From positions 1 to 54,188 of IMG/VR virus record IMGVR_UViG_3300034220_000043: DNA of 54,188 bases. One strand, written 5' to 3'. Made by a program: the position numbers and the translations under genes. This DNA is from a virus. Lineage: Duplodnaviria > Caudoviricetes. Positions 44,336 through 53,634 of the stretch are shown here, piece by piece (within the stretch, counting starts at the first letter, position 1; each line of letters starts with the position of its first letter). The notes under the pieces were generated by a model, which was given only the letters and a program-made list of their open reading frames with translations, was not told where the DNA came from and ran no database searches.

Positions 44336-45309
44336 GATCCGGCGACGGGCGCGGGCGGGAGCTGCTGCCCGACGAGCCCGGCGAGGAGCTGCTGCTGCGC
44401 GGGGTCCAGCCCCGGCAGCCCGGCCGGGACCTGCGGCACCCCCGCGGGCGGGCCGGCCGGCGGCTGGGCGGGCGCCTGCTGCTGCTGCTGCGGGACCGGC
44501 GGGGCCAGGGGCTGCGGCATCGGCGGCGCGGGCGGCATGGCCTGCTGCGGGGCCTGCTGGGGCGGGGCCGGGGGCTGGTACTGCTGCACCTGCTGGGGCG
44601 GGGCCGGCGGCTGGTACTGCGGCGCCGGGGCCTGGGCCGCGGGGGCCTGCGGCTGCTCCTGCGCGGGGGCCGGGGGTGCGCCTTGGGGCCGCTGGTAGAC
44701 GACCTGGTAGGTCTTCGCCGGGTTCATGCCGACGCCCGCGGGCCGGGTGCCGGTGCAGGTGATCTGGATGACCGCGCCCGCTTCGGGCGGTCCGTCCGGC
44801 GCTCCGGCCGCGCGCATGGCCCGGCCGAGCTCGTCGCGCGCACCCGGCCCGACGTACCACTGGGCGAGCCCGTCGGGCCGGTCCGCGGTGGGCTGCGTCT
44901 GCAGCGGCACCTTGAGGATCATCTTCGGGCGGCCGTCCTTGAAGAACGAGGGCTGGCCGTTCTGCGGGTTGGTCTGCTGCTGCACGTCGGAGTGGGTGAC
45001 CTCGCGGGTCACGATCCCGACGTGGGTGGTGCCCACCTCGAACTTCAGCGCGGCGCCGCCCCCGACGCTGGGCTGGCTGTAGAAGGCGTCGAGGGTGCCG
45101 GCCGCCAGCTCGGGCGCCGGGGGCTGGCCGTAGCCCTGCGGGGCGCCGTACTGCTGCGGCGGGGCCGGGTAGCCGGGCTGGGCCTGCGGGTACTGCGGCG
45201 CCGGGTAGCCCATCGGCGGAGGCTGGTAGCCCATCGGCTGCTGAGGCACGGGCGCGTACTGCGGGGTGCTGGGGAACTGCGGGGGCTGCGTGTACTGAGG
45301 CTGCGTCAT
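44332..45309 (-). CDS. Putative ssDNA-binding protein with Pro/Gln-rich termini
   Basis: Core ALKF..G.V..QQTN..F.DGRPK; location next to the nuclease and helicase. Confidence 0.6.
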   Translation of the reverse strand: MTQPQYTQPPQFPSTPQYAPVPQQPMGYQPPPMGYPAPQYPQAQPGYPAPPQQYGAPQGYGQPPAPELAAGTLDAFYSQPSVGGGAALKFEVGTTHVGIVTREVTHSDVQQQTNPQNGQPSFFKDGRPKMILKVPLQTQPTADRPDGLAQWYVGPGARDELGRAMRAAGAPDGPPEAGAVIQITCTGTRPAGVGMNPAKTYQVVYQRPQGAPPAPAQEQPQAPAAQAPAPQYQPPAPPQQVQQYQPPAPPQQAPQQAMPPAPPMPQPLAPPVPQQQQQAPAQPPAGPPAGVPQVPAGLPGLDPAQQQLLAGLVGQQLPPAPVAGS

Positions 45310-45815
45310 GGTGTGGTGATCTCCGGTTCCAGAATCGAATTCGTTGTCAGGATGTTGAGGAGTGCGAACTCTCCCCACGCTTCGATCGCTGCTGCGTTGT
45401 ATGCAACTGCTGCATCGACTGCGTCGATATACCGCCCCAGCTTGATCTGGCGGTTGTTAATGGTGATGTTGGCTTGCCACTTGCGATTAGTGCGGTCCCA
45501 AGAGACGCCCTTAAAACCCGACGTGTTGTTTCGGGGAATACGACGGTTCGCTTGATTCTGCGAGCGCGTGCTGATGCGCAAGTTGCTGCGCCGGTTGTCG
45601 AGGCCATCGTGGTTGCGGTGATCAACCTGCTGGTCCGGGCCAACTGCGACGAGAAGCTGGTGCAGATAGAGGCTGCGGGGCCGGCTGTAACGAACCGCGT
45701 AGACGCACTTGCGCTTCGTCACGGGGTGCCAGGTAGAGCTGTCGGCCAAGTCCCTATCCGCCGCATCGACGAGCAGTCGGAATCCCCCCGGCAAGTGCTT
45801 CTCGTAGACCTCCAT
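45306..45815 (-). CDS. HNH-AP2 homing endonuclease
   Basis: VDHRNHDGLDNRRSNLR; NTSGFKGVSW..KWQANI..LGRY..AAVAYN..GEFA; low GC. Confidence 0.92.
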   Translation of the reverse strand: MEVYEKHLPGGFRLLVDAADRDLADSSTWHPVTKRKCVYAVRYSRPRSLYLHQLLVAVGPDQQVDHRNHDGLDNRRSNLRISTRSQNQANRRIPRNNTSGFKGVSWDRTNRKWQANITINNRQIKLGRYIDAVDAAVAYNAAAIEAWGEFALLNILTTNSILEPEITTP

Positions 45816-47785
45816 CAGGCCCGCCCTGCGGAGTGGCCGGGGCAGCCGGAGCCGCCGACGCGCGCGGCCTCCGGGCGGAAGAAGGGACAGAACGCGCACG
45901 CCGAGGTGTCAGCGGGCACGTCCATCAGCTGGGCGAGCCCGGCGCTGATGGCCGCCGCCCACTGCTTGCGGTAGGTCAGCTCGGGCACGACGACCTGGTC
46001 GAGCAGCTCGTCGTCGGCGGGGGTGTAGGGGCGCTCCCACACGTAGAGCCCGTCGAGGCTGGCGGCGGTGCGGGGGTAGGCGAGCAGCGCGACCCGCTGC
46101 ACGGGCAGGCCGAGGCGCCGGTAGCCGCGGGCGTAGAGCAGCATCTGCACGACGTAGTGCCGGGGCGGGCCGGCGGCGGAGCGCACCTTCGCCATCGACG
46201 ACTCGCCGAGGATCTTGTGGTCGCCGAGGGTCTGCTCGGCGGCGTCGTACAGGTCGGCGGTGCCGTCGTGCCCGTCGATGGGGGTGACGCGCTGCTCGGG
46301 CACCCAGCGCAGGTGGCCGAGCCGGTCGTTCTCGGCGCGGAACGCCTCCTCCAGCCAGGCGTGCCCGGCGGTGCCGAGGATGGAGGGCCACGGGTCGATG
46401 ACGTGGTTGGTGCGCGGCAGCCCGGCCAGCTTGCCGGCGACCTGGCGGTGGCAGGTGTGCCCGATCTCGGACGGGCCGAGGTGCACCTGCAGCGATCGGG
46501 GCGCGCGCTCGGCGTGGGCGTGGACGACGCGCCGGATCTCGCCGGCGTACCGCGCGGCCCAGGGGGTGTTGCCGTTGAGCTGCACCGCCTTGGCCCCGGC
46601 CATGAAGTCGGCGGGGGACAGGCTCACGGGAGTAGTGCCGGGTTCAGCACCGAGCGCCACAGCTTCGGCGCCAGCGGCGGTGCGTTGCGCGCCTCCTGCC
46701 GGAGCTGCTGTGATGCCGGCGTCGGTGCGGACAGCAGGTCCGTCCGCGGCGGGCAGTACGGCTCCCAGATCACCCGCTCGCCGTACGGGTCCGTCGGATC
46801 CGGGCGCGACACCAGCACCTCGTGCAGGTACGGCCGCTTCTTCGACGGGAACTTCACCGCCCGCGACGACCCGTCGAACAGCAGGACCCACACCGACTCC
46901 GCCACCGGACCCGGGCTCCACACCTCGCCCGTCAACGTCTCGCCGCTCGCCGCTCGGAACTCCACCGCTCAGCCCGCCAGCGCCCGGAGCGTCCAGCTGG
47001 TCGACTGCCGGGCGAACGCCGCGTAGATCGCCGGGTGCTCCGCCTTGCACCTCTTCGAGTCGAACCCCCACTTCGACACCGCCTGCAGCTGCAGCGGCTC
47101 CGTCAGGTGAGGGCTGTTCAGCAGCACCGTCGTGGCCTCCGGGTGCAGGCGCGCTAGCTCCGCCTTGATCCCGTCCTTGATCTCCGTCAGCTCCGCCTCG
47201 GCCTCCGTGGCCTTCGCCTTCGCCGGGCCGTACCGCGCGGTCAGCTGCTCCAGCCGGCTCTCCGGCTCCGGGCGCACCGTCGGGGCCGGGCTCGGCGGCG
47301 GGGGTGCGCTTGCGGCGGGTGCGCTTGGGCTTGACGGGCTGCTCATCGGGGCTGGCCTCCTGGGTGGTCATGGCGTCGATCTGCTGGTGCTCGGTGGGTG
47401 CGGGCTCGCCGGCCTCCCACGCGGCCTGGTCGAGGTCGGCGAGCTCGGCGGTGGACAGGTGCGCGGGCAGCCCGCACCCGGCGTGCACCCAGCGCGGCGC
47501 GGCCGGCGTGCCGGCGTTGGTGAACCCGTCGCCGCGGCGGTCGCCACAGCCGCACAGGGCGGGCGGGCCGGGCTTCTCGATGACCTCGACGCCGTCACTG
47601 GCGTCGGCGACGCGGTCGCAGCACGGCGAGCAGTACGGGTGCGGCACCCCGGCCTCGTCGGCGAAGCCGCTGACGTAGCCGCAGCGCGCCCCGGCCCGCA
47701 CCCCGACGCAGTCCCACGGGGAGCCGCAGACCTGGTCGCGGGAGGCGGTGAAGCGGATGACCCGGACCGTGGTGCTGGTCGTCAT
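45815..47785 (-). CDS. Cas4-like PD-(D/E)XK exonuclease ORF with Cys-rich N-terminus (656 aa); possible internal start at 46627
   Basis: LGPSEIG..C.R, GTAGH, GTADLYD, DHK, Q..LYA, C.FCPF in the C-terminal part; no stop between the ATG at 47785 and 45815. Confidence 0.75.
   Translation of the reverse strand: MTTSTTVRVIRFTASRDQVCGSPWDCVGVRAGARCGYVSGFADEAGVPHPYCSPCCDRVADASDGVEVIEKPGPPALCGCGDRRGDGFTNAGTPAAPRWVHAGCGLPAHLSTAELADLDQAAWEAGEPAPTEHQQIDAMTTQEASPDEQPVKPKRTRRKRTPAAEPGPDGAPGAGEPAGAADRAVRPGEGEGHGGRGGADGDQGRDQGGASAPAPGGHDGAAEQPSPDGAAAAAGGVEVGVRLEEVQGGAPGDLRGVRPAVDQLDAPGAGGLSGGVPSGERRDVDGRGVEPGSGGGVGVGPAVRRVVAGGEVPVEEAAVPARGAGVAPGSDGPVRRAGDLGAVLPAADGPAVRTDAGITAAPAGGAQRTAAGAEAVALGAEPGTTPVSLSPADFMAGAKAVQLNGNTPWAARYAGEIRRVVHAHAERAPRSLQVHLGPSEIGHTCHRQVAGKLAGLPRTNHVIDPWPSILGTAGHAWLEEAFRAENDRLGHLRWVPEQRVTPIDGHDGTADLYDAAEQTLGDHKILGESSMAKVRSAAGPPRHYVVQMLLYARGYRRLGLPVQRVALLAYPRTAASLDGLYVWERPYTPADDELLDQVVVPELTYRKQWAAAISAGLAQLMDVPADTSACAFCPFFRPEAARVGGSGCPGHSAGRA
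46624..46965 (-). CDS. Hypothetical protein nested in an alternate frame of the nuclease ORF
   Basis: Globular-looking sequence, GC3-rich, GTGA overlap with the nuclease-domain start. Confidence 0.6.
   Translation of the reverse strand: MEFRAASGETLTGEVWSPGPVAESVWVLLFDGSSRAVKFPSKKRPYLHEVLVSRPDPTDPYGERVIWEPYCPPRTDLLSAPTPASQQLRQEARNAPPLAPKLWRSVLNPALLP
46969..47346 (-). CDS. Hypothetical protein nested in an alternate frame of the nuclease ORF
   Basis: Coiled coil plus FDSKRCKAEHPAIYAAF; GC3-rich; true start may be downstream. Confidence 0.7.
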   Translation of the reverse strand: MSSPSSPSAPAASAPPPPSPAPTVRPEPESRLEQLTARYGPAKAKATEAEAELTEIKDGIKAELARLHPEATTVLLNSPHLTEPLQLQAVSKWGFDSKRCKAEHPAIYAAFARQSTSWTLRALAG

Positions 47786-48354
47786 GCCGCACCGCCCGGG
47801 CGTCCCGGGGCCCAGAGGATGCCGAGCTGGTAGCCGCGGGCGACGGCGTGCGCACGGTCGCGGGCGCCGAGCTTGCGGAACAGCCGTCGGTTGTGGGTCT
47901 TGACGGTGTCCTCGCCGAGGTACAGGCCGCGGGCGATGTCGGCGTTGGTGCGGCCGTTGGCCATGCCGTCGAGCACCTGGCGCTCCCGCGCCGACAGGGC
48001 GATGTCGCCGGCCCCCTCTGCGGTCTCGGGTCGCCACGCGGCGGGCTGGGTGAGGTAGGGGCTGACCACCTGCAGCACGGCGAGCAGCAGGCCGTACCGG
48101 TCGGCGTAGTGCCCGAGCTGGCGCTGCAGCTGCGCGACCAGCGCGACGTCGACGAACGTGGAGGCCGTCCGCCTGTCGTCGGGCGTGGGGTCGAGGTGGC
48201 CGTGCAGGACGGTGAGCAGCGGGGGCAGCAGGTGCTCGGCGTGCTGGGGACGCAGCACGTCGGCGAGCTGGCGGATCAGGTCGGCGTTGACGGTGTAGGT
48301 CGCGTCGAGCGGCGCGCCGGCGGTCCTGGTGGGCGGGTCGAGGGTGGCGGTCAC
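47782..48354 (-). CDS. LuxR-family transcriptional regulator
   Basis: LSARERQVL..GRTNADIA..EDTVKTH..KLG.RDRAHAV. Confidence 0.9.
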   Translation of the reverse strand: MTATLDPPTRTAGAPLDATYTVNADLIRQLADVLRPQHAEHLLPPLLTVLHGHLDPTPDDRRTASTFVDVALVAQLQRQLGHYADRYGLLLAVLQVVSPYLTQPAAWRPETAEGAGDIALSARERQVLDGMANGRTNADIARGLYLGEDTVKTHNRRLFRKLGARDRAHAVARGYQLGILWAPGRPGGAA

Positions 48355-48366
48355 GGTGGTCTCCGA

Positions 48367-48720
48367 TCAGAGGGGGCCGAGGACGGCGCGCGGGTCGCCG
48401 TCGCGGCGGGCGCGGAAGATGTGGGCGTCGAGGGCCTCGACACCGATGCCGATGCGGCGGGCGGCCTCGCGGCGGCCGACGCCGACGCGGCGCAGCAGCT
48501 GGTAGTCGTCGAGCACCTCGTCGCGGGTGCGGGACGGACGCTCGTACTCGTCGAGCTGCTCGGTCGCCCGGGTGACGCGGTGGCAGTGCTGGCAGAGGCC
48601 GCGCCCGCAGTGACGGCGCTGGCCACGCCCGGCCTTCTGGTTGCGCCGACACATGGGCCAGCCGCACTTCCGGCAGGTCGAGGCGGCGGCCACCTCGCGG
48701 GCCAGCGTCGGCGCGCTCAC
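48367..48720 (-). CDS. Zinc-finger + HTH protein
   Basis: CRKC..GRGLCQHC; RREAARRIGI. Confidence 0.7.
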   Translation of the reverse strand: MSAPTLAREVAAASTCRKCGWPMCRRNQKAGRGQRRHCGRGLCQHCHRVTRATEQLDEYERPSRTRDEVLDDYQLLRRVGVGRREAARRIGIGVEALDAHIFRARRDGDPRAVLGPL

Positions 48721-49172
48721 GACGCTGCCGCCCGGTCGTGGCCCGCGGCGATGCGCAGCCCGGCGGCGCAGGTGCGCAGCTCCCGGACGACCACGGAGTC
48801 GTTGGCGTTGTCGGACCAGTCCATGACCGCGACCTGATCGTCGAGCCGCAGGTGCTGGGCCAGCGCGGTGACCGCGGGGTGCGGGACCTCCCACACGTTG
48901 GTGCCGGTGTCGAGGTCGTAGTGAGGCATCCCGAGCATGACGCCCTCGACGTCGACGACGTCCCGGTAGCCAGCGGCTACGCCGAGCGCGCCGACGGTGC
49001 AGCAGCTACGCCCCTCGGTCCAGGTGGTCGCGAACAGCGAGCAGGTCCAGACCTCGCCCTGCTCCAGGCCGTTGACCTCGATGAGCTGAGCCGCCCGGTC
49101 GAGGATGTCGGCGATGGCGCGGGCGTCGAGCTGGTCGTCGGGGATCGGGACGACGGGCAGGCTGAGGGTCAC
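48717..49172 (-). CDS. DUF6197-like protein
   Basis: ADILDRAAQLIE.NG..CCTVGAL..WSD..VV..LR. Confidence 0.6.
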   Translation of the reverse strand: MTLSLPVVPIPDDQLDARAIADILDRAAQLIEVNGLEQGEVWTCSLFATTWTEGRSCCTVGALGVAAGYRDVVDVEGVMLGMPHYDLDTGTNVWEVPHPAVTALAQHLRLDDQVAVMDWSDNANDSVVVRELRTCAAGLRIAAGHDRAAAS

Positions 49173-49387
49173 ACGACACCCCCGAACGCGAGGGTCAGCA
49201 CCTGGGCCGCGGCGACGGCCCCGATGAGGGCGGCGGCGAGGACGCGGTGCACGTCGACGAGGCGGGCGGGGCGGGGCGCGCGGTGGCGGCCGCCGGTGGT
49301 GTGCGGGCCGGGCCATGAGGCTGCGGGCCGGCGGGTCGGAGCAGCGGCGGGGTGCTCGCCGGTGACGGTGGCGTTGGTGCTGGTCAC
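49169..49387 (-). CDS. Small membrane protein
   Basis: AGGAG RBS; C-terminal TM helix. Confidence 0.6.
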   Translation of the reverse strand: MTSTNATVTGEHPAAAPTRRPAASWPGPHTTGGRHRAPRPARLVDVHRVLAAALIGAVAAAQVLTLAFGGVV

Positions 49388-49443
49388 GGGGTTCTCCTGG
49401 AAGCTGGCCGTCCGGGACGACGGCGAGGTGAAGGTGCGGCGGG

Positions 49444-49614
49444 TCAGGACGCGCGCGGCGTGGCGAGCTGCGCGGCGGGGACCTCGGCCGGCGCCATCAG
49501 CAGCGCGGTGACGACGGCGTGCTGCTCGGCCGTGATCGGGGGGAAGGTCTTGAGCAGCTGCTGCACGTAGGCGTCGCGCGCCTCGTTGACGCCGGCAGGC
49601 TGCGGCCTGCTCAC
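49444..49614 (-). CDS. Small hypothetical protein
   Basis: GTGA coupling to cro; FPPITAEQ..LL. Confidence 0.6.
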   Translation of the reverse strand: MSRPQPAGVNEARDAYVQQLLKTFPPITAEQHAVVTALLMAPAEVPAAQLATPRAS

Positions 49615-49868
49615 GACGCGAGGCCCGCGCCGACGGGCGCCGGGGTGTCGACGGTGAACAGGTCGCCGATGGTGAGCTCGGGGAAGGCGCCGAGCAGCGC
49701 CTCGATGAAGTTGACGGTCAGCGCGGTCTCGCCGCCGAGGGTGCGGCGAACGGTGTCGACGGACACGCCCATGCGCCCGGCGAGCGCGGTGGTGGTGGCG
49801 CACTTGGTCAGCGCGCGGAACTTGTCGAGCTGGTCGGTGCGGATGCGGATCTCGGGACGTCTGGACAT
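49611..49868 (-). CDS. Cro-like HTH regulator
   Basis: ALAGRMGVSVDTVRRTLGG..FIEALL..DLF; divergent from the repressor. Confidence 0.8.
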   Translation of the reverse strand: MSRRPEIRIRTDQLDKFRALTKCATTTALAGRMGVSVDTVRRTLGGETALTVNFIEALLGAFPELTIGDLFTVDTPAPVGAGLAS

Positions 49869-49899
49869 CTCGGGCGCCCTTCGCTGTTCGTTACCAGCG

Positions 49900-50076
49900 G
49901 CTGCTGGCGTGCAGCAAAAGTAGCGGGTTCGCTGCACGCATGCAACCCCTGGGCCCGAACAGCGGCACAGGTGCGGCTATGCGCGTCGGTACGTGGCACT
50001 TGTGCGGCTAGTAGTTGCGCCGTCTACCAGCGCATCTGTCACACGTACAGCGGGCCGCTCGCTGCACGCATGCAGC
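49900..50076. promoter_or_regulatory. Three operator-like sites, consensus GCTGCA-N4-TGCAGC
   Basis: tcgctgcacgcatgca at 49929 and 50059; inverted variant gctgctggcgtgcagc at 49900-49915. Confidence 0.75.
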
Positions 50077-50090
50077 TACCATGTGCGTCC

Positions 50091-50591
50091 GTGGCGGATG
50101 GTGACGGCTGGAGCCGGTGGCTGGACTCGCACCTGCGGCGGCTGAAGTGGGACAACGTCGACCTCGTCCGGGCGGCGGATGGAGCGTTCGGCACCGACGC
50201 GGTGTCGCGCTGGCGCACCGGGAAGATGACCCCCAAGGTGCCCGCCATCCGAGAGGTGTGCCGTGCCCTCGGTCTGCCCGCCGTCGAGGGCATGATCGCC
50301 GCCGGCCTGATCACCGCAGACGACGTGGGCGCGACGCTGGTCACCCCGCCCCCGGCCCGCGCCTCGGCCCTGACGAGCGACGAGCTGCTCGCCGAGATCG
50401 GCCGCCGACTCTCACGTGCAGATACAGCTCTCAAACGTGATGCTCGTCACATTGACGAAGGTCCTGAAGCGGACATCCAGATCACCCCGCCTACACCCTT
50501 GCGCCCTGTACCTGCACGAACACAGTCAGACAGCGAACAGCTGGGTGAGGACTACGCCGCGCGCACCAAGCGGGGTGATCGCCCGACGTAA
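50091..50591 (+). CDS. XRE-family immunity repressor (CI-like)
   Basis: WSRWL..DL..AVSRWRTG..P..VCRALG..MIAAGLIT..LTSDELLAEI; start uncertain (possibly leaderless). Confidence 0.82.
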   Translation: MADGDGWSRWLDSHLRRLKWDNVDLVRAADGAFGTDAVSRWRTGKMTPKVPAIREVCRALGLPAVEGMIAAGLITADDVGATLVTPPPARASALTSDELLAEIGRRLSRADTALKRDARHIDEGPEADIQITPPTPLRPVPARTQSDSEQLGEDYAARTKRGDRPT

Positions 50592-50659
50592 CCGTATACG
50601 GCTCGTGCAGTAACGGCGGCGTGATCGAAAAGTAAATACCCTCCGTGGCTCCCCGATGC

Positions 50660-51142
50660 GTGATCAGCGACGACGCGGTCTGCCTCCTCGACATGCTCCA
50701 GGAGATCCTGGAACGTGACGGCGAGCTGCACCTGCGGCACGTCGACCTCCCTCCCGGCAGGCTCGGCCTCGCCCACTTCCGACAGCGGCTGGTGACCCTC
50801 GCCCGCGGCTTGGACCGCGGCGAGTGGCGCGGCACCCTCGGCCACGAGCTGATGCACCTCAAGCGCGGCCCGGTCGCGAGAGAACACGCCGAGGCGGAGG
50901 AGGAGGAGGTCCAGCGCGAGACCGCCGCGATGCTGGTACCCCCGGGCCCGGCGCTGGCCCAGCTCGGCAGGGAGTGGAGCGACGGGGAGATCCAGGAGTT
51001 CGCGTCGCGGTTCGTCGTGGACCGCGACACCATCGAGACCGCACTCGACCAGGCCGGGGTTCCCGAGACGCCGGCGCGGGGCAGCGTCCCGGTCCCGCGG
51101 CTGCCGGTGTTCATCGAGCTGGGCTCGGCGTCGCGACGCTAG
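50660..51142 (+). CDS. ImmA/IrrE-family metallopeptidase (copy 2)
   Basis: RGTLGHELMH..RG..EE..AA.LV; lies between the repressor and the integrase. Confidence 0.82.
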   Translation: MISDDAVCLLDMLQEILERDGELHLRHVDLPPGRLGLAHFRQRLVTLARGLDRGEWRGTLGHELMHLKRGPVAREHAEAEEEEVQRETAAMLVPPGPALAQLGREWSDGEIQEFASRFVVDRDTIETALDQAGVPETPARGSVPVPRLPVFIELGSASRR

Positions 51143-52512
51143 AGGTGTGCGCGCGCCCGGATCTGCACGGTCCCCTCGACGAAGTACGCGCCGCCCGGCC
51201 GGCGCCCGGCCTGCTGGCGCAGCAGCGTCACCTCGACCAGAGCGCCGACGACGCGGCGCTGCCGGTCCACGTCGAGCGCCCGGAACGCCGCCCGTGGGTC
51301 GCGCGCGTCGGCGACACCGGCCAGCGGGGTGGAGCCGGCGTGGCGCATCAGCTCGTCCTGCGTGGCGGCAATCTCCGCCTGCAGGGGCTGGTTGGCTACC
51401 CGGAACTGCGCCGGTGTCATGCCCCCGTCCAGGTCGCCGAGCGTCGCGGCCAGCATGTCGGAGCGGGCGCGCAGGACTGCGAGGCGGTGGCGCAGAAGCG
51501 TCAGGTCGACGGCCGGTGCCAGCAGCGCGACGTTGTCACGGGCCAGCAGCTCGGCGACGACGTGCAGGACGAGCTCGTCGACGGGCGGCGCGACCCGGCT
51601 CATGTGGTTGGCGGCGCAGGCGTAGCGCGGCTGGCCGTCGGAGCGGGTGCCGCCGGAGCGGACCAGCTCGCCGCACTCGCAGCGGTACAGGAACGAGCCC
51701 AGCAGCTTGAGGCTGGTGCCGCGGTGGGTGAGCCGGGCCGGGTCGGACAGCAGCGTGACCAGCGCCTCCCAGGTGTCGCGCTCGACGATCGCCGGCCAGC
51801 GGGCCGGGCCGAGGATGCGGCCCTTGTTGCCGGCGAGCCCGGCGTTGCGGGGGCGCAGCAGCATCTGCCGCAGGTTGGACGGGTCCCAAGCCCGGCCCGA
51901 GGTGGTGCTCACCCCGGCGGCATTCCAGCTCCGGGCGATCGAGCGCGACGAGTGCCCGGCCAGCAGGTCGGCCGCGGCCGCGGCGACTAGCTCGGCCTCG
52001 GCACGCCGCACCGTGACCCCGTCGCGCTCGAAGCCGAACGGGCGCCGCCCCCCGAGCCAGCGTCCCTCGGCGAGCGCCTGAGCCTTCTGTCGGGCGACGC
52101 GCTCGCCCTTCTGCTCGGACTCGTGGCGGGCGACGGCGCCGACGATGCGCGCGGTCATCCGGCCGGACGCCGTCGACAGGTCCAGCTCTCCGGCGCGCAC
52201 GGTGTGGGTGGGCGCGCCGCGGGTCAGGTCGATGTAGCGCTCGAGCTCGACGGGGGAGCGGTGCAGGCGGTCGGCGTGCCAGGCCAGCACAGCGTCCACG
52301 TGGCCCGCCTCGATGTCGTTGAGCAGGCGCTCGTAGCCCGGCCGGGGCTTGCCGGAGTAGGCGCTCGTGTCGTTGTCGACGTAGACCTCGGCGACGTCCC
52401 AGCCGAGCTGGGCGGCCAGCGCGCGGCAGTCGGCTTCCTGCCGGTCGACGCCGAGACCTGCGCCGATGCGATCCTGCGAGATCCTCGCGTACACCGCTGC
52501 GCGCCGCTTCAC
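51139..52512 (-). CDS. int: Large serine recombinase (integrase)
   Basis: AVYARISQD, DNDTSA, RPGY, DRL.R, recombinase domain, CECG..C zinc ribbon. Confidence 0.95.
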   Translation of the reverse strand: MKRRAAVYARISQDRIGAGLGVDRQEADCRALAAQLGWDVAEVYVDNDTSAYSGKPRPGYERLLNDIEAGHVDAVLAWHADRLHRSPVELERYIDLTRGAPTHTVRAGELDLSTASGRMTARIVGAVARHESEQKGERVARQKAQALAEGRWLGGRRPFGFERDGVTVRRAEAELVAAAAADLLAGHSSRSIARSWNAAGVSTTSGRAWDPSNLRQMLLRPRNAGLAGNKGRILGPARWPAIVERDTWEALVTLLSDPARLTHRGTSLKLLGSFLYRCECGELVRSGGTRSDGQPRYACAANHMSRVAPPVDELVLHVVAELLARDNVALLAPAVDLTLLRHRLAVLRARSDMLAATLGDLDGGMTPAQFRVANQPLQAEIAATQDELMRHAGSTPLAGVADARDPRAAFRALDVDRQRRVVGALVEVTLLRQQAGRRPGGAYFVEGTVQIRARAHL

Positions 52513-52554
52513 GGCAGTGATGCTAGGTCACGTGTTGGTACACACGAACACGAC
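52428..52554 (+). repeat. Second copy of the 127-bp segment; prophage-host (attL/attR-type) junction at ~52554
   Basis: Direct sequence identity to 1-127; lies just upstream of the integrase start and abuts the host gene. Confidence 0.9.
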
Positions 52555-52584
52555 ATGCACGGCGATCACCGTAGGGTGCCCGGT

Positions 52585-53634
52585 GTGCACGAGGACCTGC
52601 GCCATCACGGCGACGCCGAGGCCGGGCCGGGGCTGCTGGACTTCGCGGTGAACGTGCAGGGCGCGCGACCCCCCGCGTGGCTGCGCGACCGCCTCGCCGC
52701 CACCCTCGACGACCTGGGCCGCTACCCCGCCGCCGCCCACGACCGGCGCGCCCGCGAGGCCGTCGCCGCCCGGCACGGCCGACGTCCCGACGAGGTCCTG
52801 GTGCTGGCCGGGAGCGCGGAGGGGTTCGCCCTGCTCCCGGCCCTGCGCCCGCGGCTGGCGGCGGTGCTGCACCCCGGGTTCACCGAGCCGGAGGCGGCGC
52901 TGCGCGACGCGGGGGTGCCCGTCGTCCGGGTGCTCACCGACGCCGCCGACGGCCACCGGCTGCACCCCGGCGCGGTGCCGGCGGAGGCCGATCTGGTCGT
53001 CGTGGGCAACCCGACGAACCCGACGGGGGTCCTGCACCCGGCCGCGGACGTCCGCGCGCTGGCCGCGTCGGGCCGGATCGTGCTGGTGGACGAGGCGTTC
53101 GCCGACGCCGTGCCGGGCGAGCCAGAGTCGCTGGCGGCGGAGCGGGTACCGGGGGTCGTGGTGTTCCGCAGCCTGACCAAGACCTGGGCGCTCGCCGGCC
53201 TGCGCGCCGGGTACGCGCTCGGTGAGCCCGCCGTGCTCGCCCGGCTGGCCGCGCCGCGCCCACCCTGGCCGGTGTCGACGCCGGCGCTGGAGGCCGTGGT
53301 CGCCTGCAGCGAGCCGGCCGCGGTCGCGCAGGCCCAGCGGGCGGCCGCGCGACTGGCCGAGCTGCGCGCGGCCCAGGCCGTCGCCCTCGCCGCCGTCCCG
53401 GGCGTGACGGTGCTGTCCGGCCGGGCCCCCTACCTGCTGCTCCACCTGCCCGACGGCCGCGGCCCCGCGGTCCGGGAGGCGCTGCGCGACGCCGGGATCG
53501 CCGTCCGCCGCGGCGACACGTTCCCGGGCCTCGGGCCCGACCACGTGCGGGTCGCGGTCCGTCCGCCCGACGCCGTCGCCCGCCTTGTGGACGCCCTCCG
53601 CACCGCGCTCGCCCCCGTCGGGACGAGCCGGTGA
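52585..53634 (+). CDS. cobC: Rv2231c-like PLP-dependent aminotransferase/decarboxylase (host); alternative start at 52555
   Basis: [45 protein letters not shown]. Confidence 0.85.
   Translation: MHEDLRHHGDAEAGPGLLDFAVNVQGARPPAWLRDRLAATLDDLGRYPAAAHDRRAREAVAARHGRRPDEVLVLAGSAEGFALLPALRPRLAAVLHPGFTEPEAALRDAGVPVVRVLTDAADGHRLHPGAVPAEADLVVVGNPTNPTGVLHPAADVRALAASGRIVLVDEAFADAVPGEPESLAAERVPGVVVFRSLTKTWALAGLRAGYALGEPAVLARLAAPRPPWPVSTPALEAVVACSEPAAVAQAQRAAARLAELRAAQAVALAAVPGVTVLSGRAPYLLLHLPDGRGPAVREALRDAGIAVRRGDTFPGLGPDHVRVAVRPPDAVARLVDALRTALAPVGTSR

Noticed and set aside
45815-46627. Cas4-like gene as a sign of a CRISPR-Cas system
   Set aside because: No repeat-spacer array or other cas genes; solo Cas4-like nucleases are common in phage recombination modules
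48367-49614. Assignment of a recombination directionality factor
   Set aside because: Several small DNA-binding candidates exist but none can be identified as an RDF from sequence alone
52123-52554. N-terminal extension of the cobC ORF, and the short ORFs 39-314 and 52466-52651
   Set aside because: They are antisense to the integrase or cross the att junction; recognisable CobC similarity starts near 52585
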